From the NCBI GenBank assembly GCA_963739695.1, contig CAVUBB010000019.1, positions 96,735 through 160,734 on the forward strand: a stretch of DNA of 64,000 nucleotides, given 5' to 3'. A model generated the notes under the pieces. The model ran no database searches. It saw nothing but the letters and a program-made list of their open reading frames with translations, and had not been told where the DNA came from. The translations under genes were made by a program, and so were the position numbers. This document shows, in pieces, positions 64,000 through 64,000 of this stretch. Source of the stretch: an uncultured Pseudomonadota bacterium. GTDB lineage: Bacteria; Pseudomonadota; Gammaproteobacteria; Natronospirales; CAVUBB01. Within the stretch, counting starts at the first letter, position 1; each line of letters opens with the position of its first letter.

Positions 64000-64000
64000 G

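Overview
GC-rich chromosomal backbone of a gammaproteobacterium. No rRNA, tRNA, CRISPR array, IS element or prophage was seen. Gene content from left to right: photolyase (5'-truncated); ybbAP/tesA and fadD; DUF445-hemE-pyrF-aroB-aroK; pilMNOPQ with an extra Ig-domain lipoprotein gene between pilQ and aroK; mrcA (probable 1-bp frameshift near the 3' end); a nucleotidyltransferase-like hypothetical; gltA; thermonuclease-rpmE; an AT-rich intergenic element with DnaA boxes and IHF sites resembling a DnaA-reactivating sequence (DARS); hemW-rdgB-rph-PP2C; yicC-gmk-rpoZ-spoT-ridA-recG-ubiC-ubiA; comF divergent from bioBFHCD (BirA operator); an A1-type cytochrome c oxidase cluster with a small ORF missing from the ORF track and no cox11; cytochrome b561; slyD; ftsYEX-rpoH (CIRCE); a Pla-1-like lipoprotein lipase; rsmD-coaD; mutM; pagL-like gene; and a GldA/F/G-like ABC + DUF4340 operon truncated at the right edge. 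The best candidates for follow-up are the DARS-like element, the Ca-loop/Ig lipoprotein in the type IV pilus operon, the Gld-like ABC operon and the nucleotidyltransferase-like gene. All calls come from motif recognition and synteny by eye; no searches were run.
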